Source: Lama guanicoe (Eukaryota). From it: a DNA stretch of 64,000 nt. Position 1 is the stretch's first letter; the number at the start of each line of letters is the position of its first letter. The translations under genes and the position numbers were made by a program. Location of the stretch: positions 3,557,371-3,621,370 of the forward strand of contig MU054338.1 of the NCBI GenBank assembly GCA_013239625.1, written 5' to 3'. The notes below the pieces were generated by a model that saw only the letters and a program-made list of their open reading frames with translations, did no database searches and was not told the origin of the DNA. Positions 60,831 to 64,000 of this stretch are shown in pieces.

Positions 60831-62049
60831 AATGCAAATTTTCTGGATAGTTTGGACAGAAGGAGGGGGTTCAGATTCTGGGTGAAAGGGAAGACTCCTG
60901 ACTCTAATAGGTAACATTGATCAAGCCTTTCCTAATGTCCAGATGTGACATTCAGCACTTTTCCTGAGTGATTTCATTTAACCTACATATCCATATAGGA
61001 TAAGAGCAGATATGGTCCCCATTTTACTGACCAGGACACCACGCTCTGGAGGGAATATCATTTGTTCAAGGTCACCTAGCCAGGAGGTGATGGATCGGGA
61101 ACTGACCCCAAGACCTGTCTGACTCAAGAGCCTCCCTGTTTCCAGAGTCTGGCTCCCTCCAGGCCACAAAGCTCTGAGCCTCTGCTACCATGTGGTTTAT
61201 CATCTCCATCAAGGGGACTTGAGGCCACAGTAAAAGCCACATGTCCACAGCTTCTGAAGTTGCTCCAACCTCCCTGCTGACATGTAAATCAACAGAACTC
61301 AGTTCCTTCCCCAGGGCAGCCACCTAGAATCACTGCTCAGTGCTTCCAGATTCTTCCACGATCTCCCCATGATTATGTGGGAGGAGCCGTCATACCCCAG
61401 ATACCTGGGACGCCCTCCTCGGCGAGACTGTAAATGTGGTGGGTTCTCTTTCAGGCATGTTGTAACCACATGATATGTGATCAGTTGCAGAAGCCAGTGG
61501 TGTGATGTGAGCGGCAGTGCTTCTCGGCTTGGTTTGAAGACTTCTGAAATCACCATCGTTCATTTCTTCCCTCCATAGCATTCTTCACCTTCAAACATCC
61601 CCTGCCACATACTTATTACTGTATCCCGTGGACCCTGAGATGCTATCAGAGAGAATTCCCTCCCTTGTTTAGATTCAGCTAAGGCCGAAAACAGTCCGGC
61701 TGATTAAAGCATGGCACTGGCGGAGAAGACACATCCCGATTTCAGAGATATTAAAGCAGAAAAATGGAACATCTTAGAATCAGTGGAAATATGGTGAGTT
61801 TGTTGTTTGGTGACTGTCTCTTCTGCTAGATCCGGCGACAGGTTGTCATGATCTATGGCTGAGTTTCTGGTGCCTAAAATAGGGCCTGGAACCGAGTAGG
61901 TGCTCAATAAATATTGGTTGAGTGAATAAATGAGTGAGTGACCTGTCTGACCTGATGCTAAGATTTTTTCCAGCATGCTCTCATTTTATCCTCATCAGGC
62001 AGGCACCACCAATCTCTGAATTTCACAGAGGGGACATTGAAGCCCCCGA

Positions 62050-62545
62050 AGGGGTGGTGACTTGACCAAGCCACCCGGTCAAGGCTGCGGCTGACCTCCT
62101 AGCCCGAGGCCAGGCTCCAGCGCACAGCCCCCCGCCCGCCAGTTCCCCGTTGGGTACCCAGGGCAGCCCGGGTCTGACTTTGCCCCAACATCCGTCTCTG
62201 CTTCCCCAGAACCTGTTTTGTGAAAACCTAATCACGGCCGCTCGAAAGTCGACATCGAAATTACTGCCAAGCCCTTGACTCGGGGTAATTAAGAGCATTT
62301 TGGGACGCCTTGCTTGATTAAAAGCAGATCATCCGTTCAGAATGAAAATTCAGGAGGCAAATTGCTTTTGTTGCCGCCACGATGCTATTTTAAACCCACG
62401 CGGCTCTCGAGCTAATAACGGCCCGTCACTCGTCACCCGGCTGTCGGCCTGCTCTGCACCATTTGCATGGCTCCTGACTGCTGTTTCCTGCCACCACCCC
62501 CCCACCCCCCCGCCAGTCCCGGCACCCAGACCGGGAGCGCCTGCT
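62050..62545. promoter_or_regulatory. CpG-rich enhancer-like island
   Basis: Non-repeat and CpG-retaining; TAAT cores, MEF2-like CTATTTTAAA 62385-62394, octamer ATTTGCAT 62461-62468. Confidence 0.55.
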
Positions 62546-64000
62546 GTCAGAGCATCAGACCCAGTGAGGTCTGGGCTGGCCTGGCCGCTGCACCCAAGCC
62601 TGCTCCCATCTCAGAAGCACCCTGAGGTTTGCCTGGCCCCAATCTGTCCCCACGGCCCCCCACAGGCCTTACCCTCTCCTGCCCCCATCCCAGCCTCCAC
62701 TCCTCCCTGGCCTCCCCACCCCCACTTCTGAGCCTCCCCACCCACCCTCCCCAAAGGAACCCCAAATCTCAGCAGGCTTCTCCCTCCATCTTCACCCAGC
62801 TAACCTGCCCTGACTCTTCCAGACTCAGCTCAGAAGTCACCTCCCCTGGCTCCCAGGCCAGCTCAGGGGCCTCTTCTGGCTTTCTGAGCTACTACACGAA
62901 CCCTACTGGAGTTCTCATCATCCGGGTTGTAACTGCTAGGTCACATGTCCATCGCCCCGCCTGGACTATGAGCTCTGGGAGGACAGGGCAGGTCTGCCTT
63001 GGTCACCACGTCCCCAGCACTCAGAGGTTAGGGCCTGAATGAATTAATGCACTGGGGCAAGAGGTGCTAGGGACCTCGTGGATCTCGAGACTCCAGGCCC
63101 TCAAAAAGCCCCTGTCTGTGCCCCGAAGCTCACCACCCCACAGGCCTGGAGCCCTCACTCCTGCTGCTTTGGCCCCTCCTTCTCCAGCCAATAACCAAAG
63201 TCCCCTTCAGAGCCTCAGCTACAATCAGATTGCTTATTGCTTCCCCATTATTTCCCCATCAAAGGAAGGACCAGCCCCTTGGTCCAAGTCCCTCCCCAGT
63301 GGACAAAGGGTTTGACACGTCCGGGTCACACCATGTGGGAGTTCCATCCACCCCTAGGGCGAGGGAGGTGTGTGGGCTCCCCCTGGTGGCAGGGCTGGGG
63401 AGGGGGAATGTGCAGTTCCAGCCCAGGAGGGGTCAGGGCGCGAATGGAAAGTCCCTCCTGCAGTCTCACCTTGGGCCAGCGAGCGTGCGGTCTCGTAGGT
63501 CACGCCACGTCCAGCAATGGGGAGGGTCACAGGTACAACTTGACAATATCACCATAGAATGCAGGGGACCAACTGACCACATCTATCACCGTTACAAAAG
63601 CAAGGGCATGTGCTTCGCCCCGGCAAAGCCACTGCTAAGAATGAATAATAATAGAAGGCAGTGGTAATCACCCCCCATCCCACCAGAGAACACGGCATTA
63701 TCTAGAGACATCTGTGGTTGTCACAGCTGGGGTGCTCCTAGACCCCAGAGAATGATCTGGTCCCAGACGGCAGTAGTACGGGGAGTCCTGGCTGCGAGCT
63801 AATATTTAGGGACTCTCGCTCAGCACCAGGCTTCTCAGGAGATGTTCCTATTCTAACTTCCTGGGAAGTGGGCACAGACACCATCCTATTTTCCAGATGT
63901 GGGAAACTGAGCCGCGAAGCCACATCCCCAAGGTCACACAGTCTGCTAGAAGGTCAAGCCAGACTAGGGTGAGGAATGTCATCTCCATCATATTCACTGT

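Noticed and set aside
1..64000. Exons of TINCR, PTPRS or SAFB2, and the remaining short ORFs in the track
   Set aside because: No ORF resembles those proteins as recalled; the short ORFs map to repeats or low-complexity DNA. Short or non-coding exons cannot be excluded from sequence alone.

Overview
GC-rich, repeat-dense mammalian genomic DNA, most likely from a camelid: it carries three tRNA-Ala(AGC)-derived short SINEs of the Vic-1 type and cetartiodactyl-type L1 3' ends. The only credible protein-coding gene is the intronless PA-TM-RING E3 ligase ZNRF4 (minus strand, 39076-40146). By recalled human synteny (19p13.3, not verifiable here) it lies in the interval between PTPRS and TINCR/SAFB2. 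The rest is ancient and lineage-specific repeats (L2, MIR, L1, MLT1/LTR16/LTR33, MER3/20/44/58, one intact ERV1-type solo LTR) with about 10 short non-repetitive islands that look like conserved enhancers. Most notable non-coding observations: a near-perfect RE1/REST site (6612-6632); a triple-octamer palindrome beside an orphan CpG island (15191-15221); four GATA motifs at exact 19-bp spacing (3434-3497); a 49-bp templated insertion copied from 3.8 kb away into a MER44; a CCAAT/octamer-rich solo LTR; and several mutually similar L2-derived modules with a CTCF (+AP-1) motif. No novel coding system was found. Repeat family names are from memory of consensus sequences, and repeat boundaries are approximate unless TSDs are given.
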